From NCBI GenBank assembly GCA_965285935.1, contig OZ260661.1, positions 41,788,001-41,852,000 on the forward strand: DNA of 64,000 bases. The letters are read 5' to 3'. Shown here in pieces: positions 1 through 27,700 of the stretch (positions within the stretch are counted from its first letter, which is position 1; every line of letters begins with the position of its first letter). Origin of the DNA: Ophelia neglecta (lineage: Eukaryota). The notes beneath the pieces were generated by a model. It ran no database searches, was not told the origin of the DNA, and saw nothing but the letters and a program-made list of their open reading frames with translations. Position numbers and translations under genes: made by a program.

Positions 1-2077
1 TGTGTCAGAATTATTGAAATAAAGTCTGATAAATGCCCGCCTTTGTTAGTCAGATAACACTATGCTAAAGTCAAATTGATCATGTAATTGTTGTCAGAGG
101 AAAACTTTAGAGTCCGACGAAGACGCCATATTTGTTTTCTTGTGGCATTTTAATAATACACTTTAAGCACAAGGAGTCACAACTTTAAAATGCTGCAACT
201 GCCAACTCTATAATACGAGCATTGAGCAGCAAGGACAATTTATGTCTAGGGTCTAAAATGTAAGTTACAAGTGCATGTGTAGTGGGACTCAAGGGCCAAA
301 AATGGTAAAACACTTGACTCCCTCAGGATCCTTCCATGTTTAAACACACTAAATGTCATGTTAACTGTTAGAACCCCCAAAAAAGTCAAAGCATTGGATA
401 ACCTGGTAAATATTTATTTGATGCAGAAGAACCATATTAGGGTAAACAGCATGTCACAAGTTAAATTGGTGTGTGAAGTTTGAAATTCAAGGCTTTATGT
501 AAGATTAGTTTATCCGAGTTTGATTTTGATAATATATGGTTGTTTAGGTCTTAGACTACATGGAGGTCAATTGGAGATGTTTGCAGCATGTGGTGTCCTG
601 CACACTCCCAAATCCCAATGTGTATCTAGCTTCTTACTGGTAAATCAAAGGCAGGATAAACATTCCCATGATTTAAACCTGAATATGCAAGCCAAGGCAA
701 ATATGAGTAATCCCTCTGATTCTGATTCTCAAACATACAATTGAAAATGAAGTTACTATAAGATGCTTATCATTTGGCTTTCAAGAATTATAACTGCATT
801 TCTACGATATATAACTGTATAGTTATAGATACAAAGCATACTGTACTTATGGATTCTAGTGATTTGACCTTGATAATGATGGTCACTGTCAAAAATGACA
901 TCACCTTTAGATCCTCAGCCTATGATTTCCTATATGCTTGCAGTCAGGATTACATACATGTACCTTTTAACGAACATGTACTTTATATGATGAATATACA
1001 TTTGCACAAATGTCTCAATGCTTAATGAATAAGTCCTTATCCTAGCAATGCTGCTAGTTTCAATGTTTTGCAGTCAAATGCACATCTATTCTACAGTATT
1101 ATACTACTAGGGTAATCTACATCAACTGCTGACTGTTTATTACATTGCAATGTTGGCTTTGGTCAACATTGTTGAAAAAGGAAAAAGTTAGAAACTGTTA
1201 TCATTATACATGTATTCAAAAGAGTGATTAAAGAGCTGTTTTCTTAATTAATTCCAACTATTATGTATAGTAGAGCAGAACATTCATATTGGTGACTACA
1301 CAATACGCACAAACTCCATTCATACTTAAAAAAACAGCTGTCACTTACGATTCACCCTTACTGTTTGTACATGAAAGAAACACATGGTGCATATATTTAA
1401 CAATAGCTGGTATGTATAGATATCTGCCAGAAGCTTCACAAACAGTTAGGAGAAATTTGTTTTTTTATTCATTATTTCAAGGTCAGAAGGGGCGTCAAAG
1501 CAAATCAGGCTTTTAGGGGACAGTATTGTGACCCTGCTTCTTGCTACCCAGGGAATAACCAACACTATGGAAAAATCTTGAATTATTTGTAATGACAACG
1601 AAATTCCATTTCACTCTCAAACTCTACTTAATCCATGTGGCTGGTCAATATCAACATAATTAAATATTACATTATAGGTTTTGATTTAACATGTCAGCAT
1701 GTATATTGGTAAAGCATATAAACTGTGTGAAATTAAAAGTGAATGTATATTTCCCAAATAGGCCTATATCTCTTTTTTTGTAAAGATTCCAATAGTAAAG
1801 CAAAATATTGATTAATATCCATGTATCCAAAAGTCCCATGCAAAAGTCAGAAAAATCCTTATCTATATCATCACTATCTGTTTCACATAGAATTAGGTAA
1901 AAAAACAGACTAAATTGATTTATTTACATTTTTATAAATTCCAATAAGGCTATAGAAGTATGTTGCATATAAAATACTACACAGTATTCATTTATTTTAT
2001 GTGTGTCAGTTGGGCTGAAAAAGAAAATCTCTATGTAAATTTCAAAATAGACACTATCACAAAAAAATAGTACTTAC

Positions 2078-15394
<13,317 letters not shown>

Positions 15395-15706
15395 GTCGGT
15401 AGGTTACCTTAAGGGTCCCCTTGTATGGATTTTGGGCATTTGCGTTATAAAGGGACATAGCATGATCTTGTATTGTGTGATAACATTTGTCATGTTTATG
15501 GCCTGATTGAGCTGTATTATATTATAACAATAAAAGTACATTAAGAAAATCCCGTTTAAGCGTAAAGAATTAGTTAAAACTACTAAAGGAGCAAACTCCT
15601 AATTTCCTGTCTGATTATGTTTTGGATCTTATATGGCCTTGAACTTTCTTTTATACTAGTTCCGCTCCGAGCAATCTGTCAAAATTATTCCGATATTTTC
15701 CTGGTA
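15395..15706. promoter_or_regulatory. Putative bidirectional promoter and 5' UTRs shared by UGP2 (-) and TMEM260 (+)
   Basis: Only 312 bp separate the two divergent ATGs, so both 5' UTRs and core promoters must fit here unless upstream non-coding exons exist. CpG dinucleotides look more frequent around 15.1-16.5 kb than in the flanking introns (by eye). Confidence 0.7.
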
Positions 15707-15798
15707 ATGGGAAATCAAGACAAAGTGCGCCACCGGAGCAAACATGTCAGAAGCAAGGGCACTAAAATAGATCCTGCGCAATATGTGCGAAGAAATAG
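15707..15798 (+). CDS. TMEM260: TMEM260 exon 1 ([30 protein letters not shown])
   Basis: ggtaATGG start and AG|gttagt donor. Phase 2 is completed by the first base of exon 2 (AG+T = Ser). The basic N-tail is not itself recognisably conserved. Confidence 0.75.
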
Positions 15799-18700
15799 GT
15801 TAGTAAAAAGGTCTTGAATTATTAAAATTCCGATTATCGCTCAACACAGTAAAACGAAAAGAAAATAGGCCAAAGTACAAATGGTCCCGGGTCAACTCGC
15901 CCGGGTGCCAACTCGCACGGCGTTCTATGCCAACTCGCGCGGCAGGCAACTCGCGCGGGCTTGTTTTAATATAACGTTAGTTTAGTATGTTTGACATTTT
16001 GACAAGACATCCAAAACTCCCATTATGATTTGTTAATATAAAAGAAACAAATAGAAACCATTACTCGCCCCTAAACGTATAGTCACCCTTTATCCAAGTC
16101 GACCTCTTTGCCGACGAAGCCCTATGGTGACTAGCGAACTTGCCTTCGAGTGCCATACGTAGTCGCCCTACATATTATATCTGAGTTTAGAAAGCACTGT
16201 GAAATGGGAATGAGCAGTAATATATATATATTTCTAAAAAATCTCGCGATCTATCTGGCGGTAAAATGACCACAAGTTAGCTTTTGCGCGCTCCACGACT
16301 ACGGCAATGTAGTTAACCATCCAAAACAATAACTATGATAATAACCTCGTGCAACTTGGCACCCGCGCGAGTTGTGTCCTGCGCAAGTTAGCACCCGCGC
16401 GAGTTGACTGGACACCGTACAAATGACCACTTCTCTTTTAGAGTGGCCACGATTTGCTAGTTGTCCACCTACTGTATAGCGAACGCAGTAGTCTATGACA
16501 ATTTTGCTCCCGACACAGGTACTATACTCGTTACTGAGTCCCTGTGTGTTTGTGTGTCAGGGTGGCCATCTTTCAAAATCGCTTCACAGTGAGATTTGTT
16601 TTTGCCTCAGACCGTGAGCAAAACAGTGTGCTTCCAAACCAATCACAGTGAGGCTTACTGTGTGCTGACTGTGAGATTTACAAAATCACAGTGAGCATCA
16701 CAGTGAGAAATTTAATTTGAAAACATGCCTATTTATGGTATTTTTTTGGTGTGTGTGGGGGGGGGGGAGAGAAAGGAAATATAATCTACTGCCCAAAAGT
16801 GTCATCCGCACTAGGCATTTGGAGAATTAGCAGTTACATCGATACACTGGAAATGGGAATATTGTAGGTCAAGTAGTTCTGGAAGTAGTTCAACTGCAAT
16901 CTGCATCTCCCGGTGGTGATATTCTGGGTCTGCAAAATTTTTACCTTGAGATTATCCTCCACCAGGATTGCTCGGGAGGAAAAAGTGTGACCGGGAAAAA
17001 TTGGTCAAAACCGTGAGTTGGCCACCCTGGTGTGTGTGTATTCGTGTTTGTGGGTGAGGGCGGATGGGGTGGCGGTGTAGCTCGATTGACAGTTGTACAC
17101 CCCACCCCCCACACTTTCACTCAAACACATAAACACACACAAGGACTCAGCAAGGAGTGCCTTTAGTGAACGATAGGATGGACCGCTGTGTCAGGGCGCT
17201 TGTTCCAATAATATTCAGTGGGGTTGGCAATGTTGGGTTTGGGTTTTTAATTTGTAAATTAAGCAAAAAACCGATTGGTCACAAAGCTAAAACTTGCAAA
17301 TATCTTATTTCCATGTACTCTTACGGTGAAAATGTTCGTGCATTTTTACCATTGCAGTTTATGATGAAGGTATATAAGATGCTTTCGATATCAATTCTTT
17401 CAAGGGGAACCAAATCAAAAATAGAAGTAGAATTTTCACTCTTTGCAAAAGTGCGATTTCGCCTACTTGAAAGTGAAAATTACGCTAAATGGTGAAAAAA
17501 ATATCTATCCACTCCAGCCTCTATCTTATATTGAAAATAAGGGTGTAAAATAAAAAAATAAGAGTGTAAAATTTCACATGCAAATGAGCAAAAGTGAAAA
17601 TACAATTTTCCACAAGAAAAAATTGCATTTCCACTTTTAATGATTCAGCAGATTGTTCACTAGAGGAAATTTGGATTTTTATAGTCATTTGCTCATTTGC
17701 ATGTGAAATTTTACCCTCTTCATTCACTTTATTTGTAGAAATCTGGACTTGCCCTTTTCTTTACCTCTAGTAGAAGATATCCTCATTAAAAATTTCAACA
17801 ATTAGTGAATATTCCATTTCCACCATTAAAATAGAAAAATGGATTTTCACTTGTCATTGTACATATGTGTATCAAAAATGTATGTATTAGAAATGTATGT
17901 ATCTTAGATATATGCATTGATAATATACATTCAATGAGGTTTATCTGGGAAAAAAGCATGGTAAAGAAGGAATCATCCAATATAAACTTATTCTAGAACA
18001 ATTATGGGAATATTGATATTAAATTATTTTGAATTTTCAGAAATGATACATTTATGCATTTCATCTAAAACAGCAATACTAAATACCTTTTGGTACACAC
18101 TATTACATCATGAAAACTTTTAAATGAAAAACACCATACACTATACATGTACCAGAACTTTGCCATATTATAAAAATTGTGTCACCAAATACTATCACTA
18201 TTACTAATATTTTGATATTATTATAAAGGCATTTAAAATAAGTATTAACAGTTTGAAAATAACACATTGTAAGCAATGACTGTCTTTTTACTATTATCAA
18301 AACATGAACATGCCATATGTGGTAATAACAGGTTTAACCAGTTTTGAGCTTATGGCCCCAGAAGAGCTTTTAAGGCGCACTTCGCAGCTTGCTATAAATG
18401 ATAATGTGAAGTGGCCCCAATCTGAGTTCATTGAACAAAGTGCATCAGAGGTGGTTATGCAGGCTAAGGGAATCGCCTTTTGAAATTGCCTGATACTATG
18501 CTAATGAAAAAGTCTTCTTAAATGATTACTTGCAATCTATGAGAGTGTGAAGAATTGGTCTTTGGAGGAAAAACATGTGTTGAATAATTTAGGCTAACCT
18601 CAAAATTTTATTTTAAGACATCTTTGTTATACTGAAGAATGCAACATGAGCTTTTTGGGATACAGTCATTAGAGTGGCCAGTTTTGTTTAAATAAATCAA

Positions 18701-21700
18701 AACGAAGATTTGATCACAGATTTAAACACACATTGGGAACAGAGGACTACAATAGGTTTAAATTGGCAAGTGAGAGGTCTCATTTGGCTCAGCTGTTTGT
18801 GACAGGGTTGGCAGTTTCTTCCGCTAGGCAGTTTCTTCTATGGAAGAAACCGGTTTTTTCCCGTCCCGGAAGAAATATGTTTCTTCCGCTTTTTTGGAAG
18901 AAATGGAAGAAACCCCCCTTCATTTTAATTATTTTTTGTCTACTACAAACAAAATACTGAAGATTAATCTGGTTTATGTAAAAGTTCTATAATAACACTT
19001 TCTTTAAGCATGAAACTTTAAAGCAGAAGAATGTGAAACAATTAGGACAGTAGCATCTACAAATTAATTCTATATAAAATTTAATATAAAAAAATTGGTT
19101 TAAAGCTCGAATAAAAGTCCCAATAATTAAATAACTGTTTTATTACATTTGAACAAGTAATAGACAGTACATGTACCATTCACATCTTATTCATCGTATA
19201 CATGTACATGCTTATATTTGCAAGTATTTTCACTCAATGATTATCATATCCAGCATTATCATTGTGGTTGTTGAATGATCGGAAACAAAAGGCTAGTTTT
19301 CCTGCCTTTTCAACACCAAATGGCAGTTAAATTTCTCCCACTCCCAGAAATGATGTATCTAAAAATCACAAGAGTTATGCCAATTTTATCACCAACCCAG
19401 GTTTATATAGACTCTATGTATGTTTTTCCTCTATTGTACGTAAAGGTAAAGGCGTAATCACCCCTGCACAATGAGGGATACCACTGTTTGACACCTGTGC
19501 TATTAGTTATCACACCTGGCTTAGGCTGGCCAATAAGCATGTTTTGACAATAAATAAGTGGCCTAATTAATCCCCATATTTATGTTTACTTGCTTGACTA
19601 GATGAGAATTCAGGGAGATCAGGGAGACTGACTTTCCCAATCATGGTGTTAACCAGACTGTTTATTCAAGAACATGCTATTCACAATGCAATCCTGTAAA
19701 CCCTGAAAAGTCTGTTTTGTTGGCTAGGACTCCATTACCCAATCCATCTAGAAGACTTCACAATTGCATTAATGAATGAAACCCCACTTTCACACCTTAT
19801 GCCCCCTCGCCCTTGTCCCCGAGATCTGCTGTTACATGCACGCACTGAAAGAAAGTAATTATGATGAGTTTAAATAAAAAAGAAAAAAAAAGTCAACTTG
19901 TGACTCTTTTGTGGTGATTTAAATCCTGATTTAAATCATGCCAGCCTTGCCAGAATCTTGTAATATTAAGTTTCTGCATGAAAGTCAATTATATCATATT
20001 CAAATGTTAAGTGTATGCTTATGTTTGGAATAAATATTATACTATTTATTTCAAATCTCCCAAAATAAATATGATATATATCATATTTATTTTGTTTTTG
20101 TTATGCTCAACCTTCTTAATCATTATCAATATTGAAAAAATTGATTAATTGATGTCAAATTTATATATTCCATGCCTGAATAGTTTCTTCCGGTTTCGTA
20201 CGGTAAAAACCGGAAGAAACTAGGTTTCTTCCATCGTCCCGGAAGAAACCTATTACTTCCGGAAGAAACCCAACCCTGGTTTGTGAGTATCATGCCACTA
20301 CATGAAGGGAGCGGATTCAGGAAATAATTAACTTAAGGATAGGGAACAGAATACTATCTGTATCAGTAGAGAAAAAACTAAAGATATTGTTTGAAAAGGT
20401 GCACAGAAAAATGGCAAAATATATTAAAATGCTTTTTTTTAAAAAGAAGGGGCAATATATATAAATAATTTCATACAAAACTGGTGAACTATAAGTATAG
20501 CCATCATTGCAATATATCTTAGGAGTTAGGCTTGTTTTGTTCTACCTTGTCATAATTTGGACATGTTACATATATCTCTAATGGGACTTAAACCTATTTT
20601 GTTCTGTTATCATCCCTGCGATCCGATTTGAACGTGTGTCCATGTGTCTGGTTTGAACATGTGTTCATGTGTGATGCAGTATCTATGTGTTTTATTATTA
20701 GTAAAGAGATTAAAACTGACTCTATCAGCCCATAGGGCTGGGCAATGCTGGCATTACTTCTATGTTCAATTTTATGTTATGTTTATTGGCATTGGCACTA
20801 TAAAAAATAAAATTTACTATTACTATAATTGTAGACTCAAAACTGGATTGAGATTCTTGAGTATGATATTTAAGCCCAACAGCATAATGTGTTTCTTGAA
20901 TTATAAGGCTTTGCCAGAAACGTACTATATAGACTTGTAGCTTAATTGTTGTGACTTTTATAGGTAAGGAATTAATTTTTTCAGTGAAGAGGACAAAGGT
21001 GAAGATGAATGTGGAACATTGGGACGAGATATCAAGGTGTCCTGTGTTGTGGCTAGTATACTACTTATTGTGTACACCTCAACTCTTCACCCCTCTGTAC
21101 CAGGAGGGGATTCTGGTGAGTGAGCAATAAATAATTAGCTTCCAGGATTTATCATTACATGTTTGTTTTACTTTGATGATTGCATTGGTCAATCTCTAGA
21201 ATATTTTATGAACAATGTATTGTGTTGCTCCCCCTTCCCCCTCCTGATGTTCAGCTGGTCTCTTGTGAATGAAAGTACTGACTCTGACAAATTTTTTTTA
21301 TAGATCATCAGTGTGGTTTTTTTTAAACAACATTGGAGAATGCCACAACTGATTCAGTAAATTCTTCACAATTTTGCAATTTAGAAACATGACATGGCTC
21401 CCAGCATTCTCGGCTAAAAGATAATTTAACTTATTGCTACTGCTTCCTCAATTTAGTTGATATACTATAGTTATTGTGTCAAACATTTTGCCTTATCTTC
21501 ATTTTAACATTTTTGTCAAGTTACAAAAAATTGTTTATGACAATTTATATCATTTTGTAAGTTAAAAGAGCACAAAGAGTGCACTAGCTGCATTTAGATG
21601 AAACCCAGACGGATGAAGAGACCACTGCAGTGCTCATCTGATGGTTCTTTGATACATTCCTTGAAAAGGAATTTATAGGCATGCATACACCAATATTGGG

Positions 21701-24700
21701 ACAAAAGCATACACTTCCTGAGATTCTAGAGTAGCTGTATAATTTTATTAAGTGGCTTATCAAACTAAAAAATTCTTTGGCTTCAGCAAAATTTGGTATA
21801 TATATTTCCATTGTGCAAAGTCGATTCTTGAAATATTTTCTTTGGAGTTAGATGGAATTAGGCAGATCTATTTTTCCTAGTGGAAATTTTCCATGAAACC
21901 CACAAATAAAAGTGAAGCAGGTTATGTTTGCAAGCTGTACTTTTTCATAGTGTTTGTGACTGCCACAAAATGCGCAACATTTCCTGCCTACACATACACA
22001 ATTTGGAAAGTCAACCAACTCAAGTTGTTGACTTTCCAAATATATTAGGTCATTTGTTCTGTAAAGCCAATATGTGTCTAAAAATGCCAAATTAAGCTCA
22101 GTTTTAAAATGGTGAACTTTTCCTGTTGTGGACATTTTATGATTTACAGTATACTATTTTTGAGGTCTGTGGGGGGGGGGGGGAGGGGAGGGGCTGTCAA
22201 ACCCTCCCCCCTCCCCCATGGTTATAAATAATGAACAGCCCCAATAGAGCATATTATGTTTGACAAGTGTGTATCATTCTAAACTTGTAATAGTAACGGT
22301 TATTCATTTCAGGCGAGCTTATTGTCTCTGCATATGAGCTGGGGGTAAGCAATCTTTTTCCTATTAAGCAACAGATAGATTAAAAAAAAGTTGATATTTG
22401 AAGTAGGTACGTGCTACAGAAAAGTTTTGAATCATAGGAAAAAATATTTGTAGGTGGACTAATAACCAAAGTGACAAAAGCTTCATCATGATTGTAATTT
22501 GTGTCTGTGGGACTCTTATACATTTTTGACATTATTATTGCAGGTTGCCCACCCTCCTGGCTATCCACTATTCACCATGGTTGGCAAGTTGTTTATGACA
22601 ATAGCTCCCTTTGGCTCTCCTGCCTTCAAATTGAACATGTTGAATGCCATGTTCAGTGCCATAGCTGGGGGTTTCCTGCTACTAATAGTACTGCGGTGGG
22701 TGATTGTATTAATAAGTTGTAAGGAACAAACATCTACAGATAACTATATTGTCATGATTGAACAAATTAAAGTAATTGTTCCGTTCTTTTCTATATTAGT
22801 ACTTGTGCTCATATTACCCCTTAGGTCTAAACAAATTATGTAAACACCTGTATCTACCGGTAATAAAAAATATTTATAAAATGGCAGTAAATGGTATGTT
22901 CATACATATACATTGTGGATAGAGTGCACTTGAAAGTGTATCTTTCTCTATAGTTAACACTACATAGCCATTATAATCTTGATATTTTTTAGGGTGACTG
23001 GCTGTGTAGGCAGTGCCTTACTGACACTAGGTTTGTTCAGTATTAATAAGCTAACTTGGACCTGGTCAGTATCTGCCGAGGTGTTTGGGCTCAATAATCT
23101 CTTCATATCTCTGCTCATGTTTATGGCTGTGATGTTTGAGTCGTCTGATGATCCCAAACATTGTATTAAGGTAAGATGTTGGCGGTGTGTAGTACTATAA
23201 CGCTTGGTTTATAAATTTATTAAACTAGAGCAACAAAAGAAAATTGATCACTTCCTGCAGTTCTGTTTAGAATGCTGACAAATATTTTCAAAATGCTATT
23301 AATTTGAAAAAACAACAACAAATGAACAGAATCTGATACTTAAGGTATCATTTTACAAGTTTACAATATATAGGATACACATTACATAAAGATATACACA
23401 TACTCCTAATTTGTATGTATAGGCTATAACATGGCTTGGATTATGCCTATCTGATTCATGGCATGAACAGTAAGATACATATATATTGTTAGGAAGCTTC
23501 CTATGTAAATAATTCACTATAAAGTAATTATTATGGAATATGGTCATTAATTATTAAATAATGTATTATGCCTAATTTTGTCCCTGAAGCAAAACTGCAT
23601 TGTAAAGAATGTTATTGGAATTGGGCCTTTGAGATACTACTTGCCTAACTTAAACGTAGATAGAATTAAGGTGTTCAAAGGGAGTCAGCACTTGCAAGTG
23701 CATGTATGCTGAACAGACAGGCTGAAGAAGGGTCACATAATTATCTACAAATTCTTATCAATGAAATATACCAATGTCTCTTTTTATAGTTTCTAATCCA
23801 CTAAGTGCTATTTTGGTCGCTTAAGGAAAAAAAAGTTTGCCATGATGTAACCTATCGAAGGAAGGTAACATACTTGAAGTCCTCTCCCATGGTTTGCTTG
23901 TCTTTACCTATAGTAGTATTTTTCAGTTTGCCTGTTTGGGAGCATTCGTCAGTGGCTTGTCATTGTGTAACCAGCACACTATAGTAGTATATATAGCCTG
24001 CCTGGCTTTGTGGGTTGTGGCCAGAATACAAGCACTAAAGGTCAGTTGTATGACGATAACATACTAGAGACAATATAAGAATAGTTGACAAACACTTAAG
24101 TTCACAAAGACCCAGATCCAGGGTTCCAGATATTTTGACTTTGAAAGTATTTAAAACAGATATACTTACATGTCTTGAGAGATTAATTTTCCTTTCTTTT
24201 GCCTTTTACTGTTGTTGTGTACATTCTTAAACATAAAAGCCATTCATTTTCCATGTTCAGGTACATTATATGTGTTGATGCACAAATATGTTAACTATTT
24301 CAGCTGTTAAACTTTAGGGTTCTGATGAAGTTGGGCCTGTGTTTCACAATAGGACTGCTGCCCTATGTTTACCTCCCTATATCATCACACATGAACGTAG
24401 CTCGGTGGACCTGGGGCAGTCAGAAAACTATAGATGGCTTCCTAACTCACCTATTGAGGAAGGAATATGGAACATTTGATCTGGTATGTTGCTTGAATGT
24501 AATTAACAATGTTGCCTTGAGTCAAAATTTGCTCATATTTCCTTCACATGATGATTTATAGAATAAAGAATTAAGGTCATGATTGACACATACATGTACC
24601 AAGCAAAATACAAAGTATCCATTGAACTTTTACTAAATTACAATATGGCTCTTTGGGAAACATTTGCAGCTACAGTAGTGTATTTCAAGAAAATAATACC

Positions 24701-27700
24701 TTATTAGAGACAAGCCAGGAACTGATAACAATCTGCCATACAGTTTTTACTGGATTGATCATTGTTGAACATATACATAATCATAATTATAATATATTCA
24801 AATGCAGTTTATGAGAATTTTTTTAGTAAAGCAACATACATACATCTGCTAATCTTTGTTATTTGTGACATAATTGATAATATCTGAAGGATTACATTAT
24901 AGGTATTAGCCCTGCTGTATACCGGTACTTTTTTTTACTAGGGTAAGGATGCCATTGGAGGAGGTTTGTCCTCAGGGCTGATGGCTTACTGGGAGCACTT
25001 ACACTCTGACATGTGTGAACTAGGACCTCTATTTGCTGTCATTGGGGTAGTGGTAGCCATTGCATGGTAAGTCCTAATAAATGATCCTTCCTTATTGCAA
25101 AGCATAAAGGGAAATGCAAGTGATACTCAGAATACACAAAAGTAACTGGTAGTAAAATTGGAACAATTTATCCCTTTCTATTTGGAAGTAGCACACCTGT
25201 AGGGATCCTCACTTTCACAATGGAAATAATGTGTGAAATAATTCCTTTAAATGGACTATTTGAAGGACGAATCTAAATTGTTTGCATCCCATGCAATTTA
25301 TGTTTTTGAAGTGCTAAGCGCAAGAAAACGCATTGGTCTTGGAAAAACAATTTCATTGGAGAGATTTTTGAAGGTCTTAGGGGTTTAATCATGAGCTATG
25401 AATGTATGGCGAAATTTAAGAAACATATATTAAAGAACATGTTGCACAACAAAAATGTGAATCCAAGAATAGTAATTTTTTCTCAATCATTCTAACTTCA
25501 TCTTGCTGCAAGTTTTCAACTGTAACTTATACCGGTAGTTTCAGATTAAGCAAGGTGTGTATTAAGCATTGACCTAGACTGACTTCTAAATTTTGGTACC
25601 ACTGCCATATTTTGTAGTCAATCAAAATTTTGTGCTTAAAATGTGTCTGACTGAAATGAGTTGCCATAACGACTCCAAATAAAAAAAGGCGATTGGCAAA
25701 AAATTTTTTTTGCTTTTCTCCCTATTTATGGATTTTCAGTGTTTTGAGCAAATAAAATATTTTGGGGTGTCTTTGGTGGGGGGGGGGATCTGTGACCCAA
25801 TCTTACTTGGACTTGCCAGGAGTGATTTTGCAACAGACGAGTTTACTATCCATTTTAATTTGTGGGGCGCTTGCATTGTTTATATTCAGTTTCATACCTT
25901 AGTCCTATTATGATCATTATCTGTCCATAATTTTGTACAGCAGAGTATTTTGTGTTGTACATTGTAATGGTGTAAACCAAGGGCCTTTGGGATACCAAGA
26001 CTTGCCAGATAATGTGTGCATAGTCATGAGACTGAAGTGTCATGCGTTGAATGATTCCTCAGGACAGTTCAGCAATATTGTCATTGATTCGCTTATAATT
26101 ATTAATATCTGGCTGTTGTGCAATGTAGGGTTGTACAAGATCATATTAAGGCTCAAAGTCAAATAATGATGACAATAATTTGACCTTGACCTCTTTTTAC
26201 AGTTCCAATTGAGAATAATGATTTTTCAAGTTTTGGTAACATTTTGCCTAATGTTGCTAGATAAGCATATAAAATGTATGGGCCATTGATAGGAAGGCAC
26301 ATATAAGGATTCTACATATGGCTGTCAATTTGACCTGCTTAACGGTATTAGAATAGGCACAGGCATGTTACATGTACTGAAGACTGAATACTTATACAAG
26401 GAACCTAATGAGGGATATGAAGAAATTTGACATTCTCCTTATAACAAGGTCAAAGTGAAAAAACAGATTGATCAACAGAACATATGTGCTTAACACTGCT
26501 CAAAAATCATATTGCATGCATCACTGATAATAAATCATTCATGTAAGTAGGGATTGATTTACCGTTTGAGATAGGCATATACTGTAAAATGTATTGGACC
26601 ATAATAGTAAGTCCTATTCAAAGAACCTTATGATGACCATGATTTTGACCTTGACCTCTTTTTCAAAGGTAAAGTTTATAAGTTACCATTCAACACCGTG
26701 TACAAAACAGACATATATATGGAAATAAATTGTCCAAACGAATACTTTATTAACCCTTACATTCACTGTGGAGGCATGTAAACGACACTATGATGTCGAC
26801 TGCATTTATGTATAGCCCAGCTTAAATGATTTCTCCTCTATGTACCAGTGATTGGTGCTAAATCACTAAATCATTTTCCTGTCATAATTAAGCTATTTTT
26901 ATTTATTGACAGAAGACAAAATGCCAGTATTGATTTCAGGAACCCTAGTACATTTGTTCCATTGAGGAAAGGTTGTTTCAGTAACAACAGCCTATGTTTA
27001 ACATAGTGGCACATGTACTTCAAAATGAGTGTGGTACTCCTGAATATAACACAGATTATTATTTCAAATGGCAGAATAGACATATGGGAGTGAAATGTCA
27101 CACTGCCTAACTCACAAGAGTTATTGAGAAAACTGTCATTGCAATAACTTATAATAAGTCTGCTGGTTTTTTTTTCAAATTGAGATTTTCTTTTCAAAGG
27201 ATTGACTTTAAAGTACATTTTTATCGTCTGGTATTTTCAATTCAAGATCTCTTAGTTGAACTTTAATTTGATACGGTAAGTCATTTTTACCAACCATTAT
27301 CCTGAACATCTTAATTTATTGGTTCTTATAACTTAAAGAACAAAAATGTTCTATAAATTATTGATTAATTCATGCTATTCAACAAAATGCGAACCAGTGT
27401 GTCTTGAAGTTTCTGTCCTTGAAAGTGACACCATCTACATGAGAATGTGAACGTTTTTGAATGCTTTCCTTCCTTGTCAGATAGTGAGCCTGAAGCTGCC
27501 ATTATTAGGGTTGACCTACTTTCCATGTGTACCAAAAAATGTAGATGAAGTTGTCACCTTGAAAATGTCATATGCTCGTATATTGGCTGTTGTTGTTTGG
27601 CCATGTGTTACATTTATGTACCTGGTGGTCACAATTCAGGTATGGAGAATAAATTAAAACAAATGAATAGTCAGTTATTGGACTAGAACTGTGTTTATGT

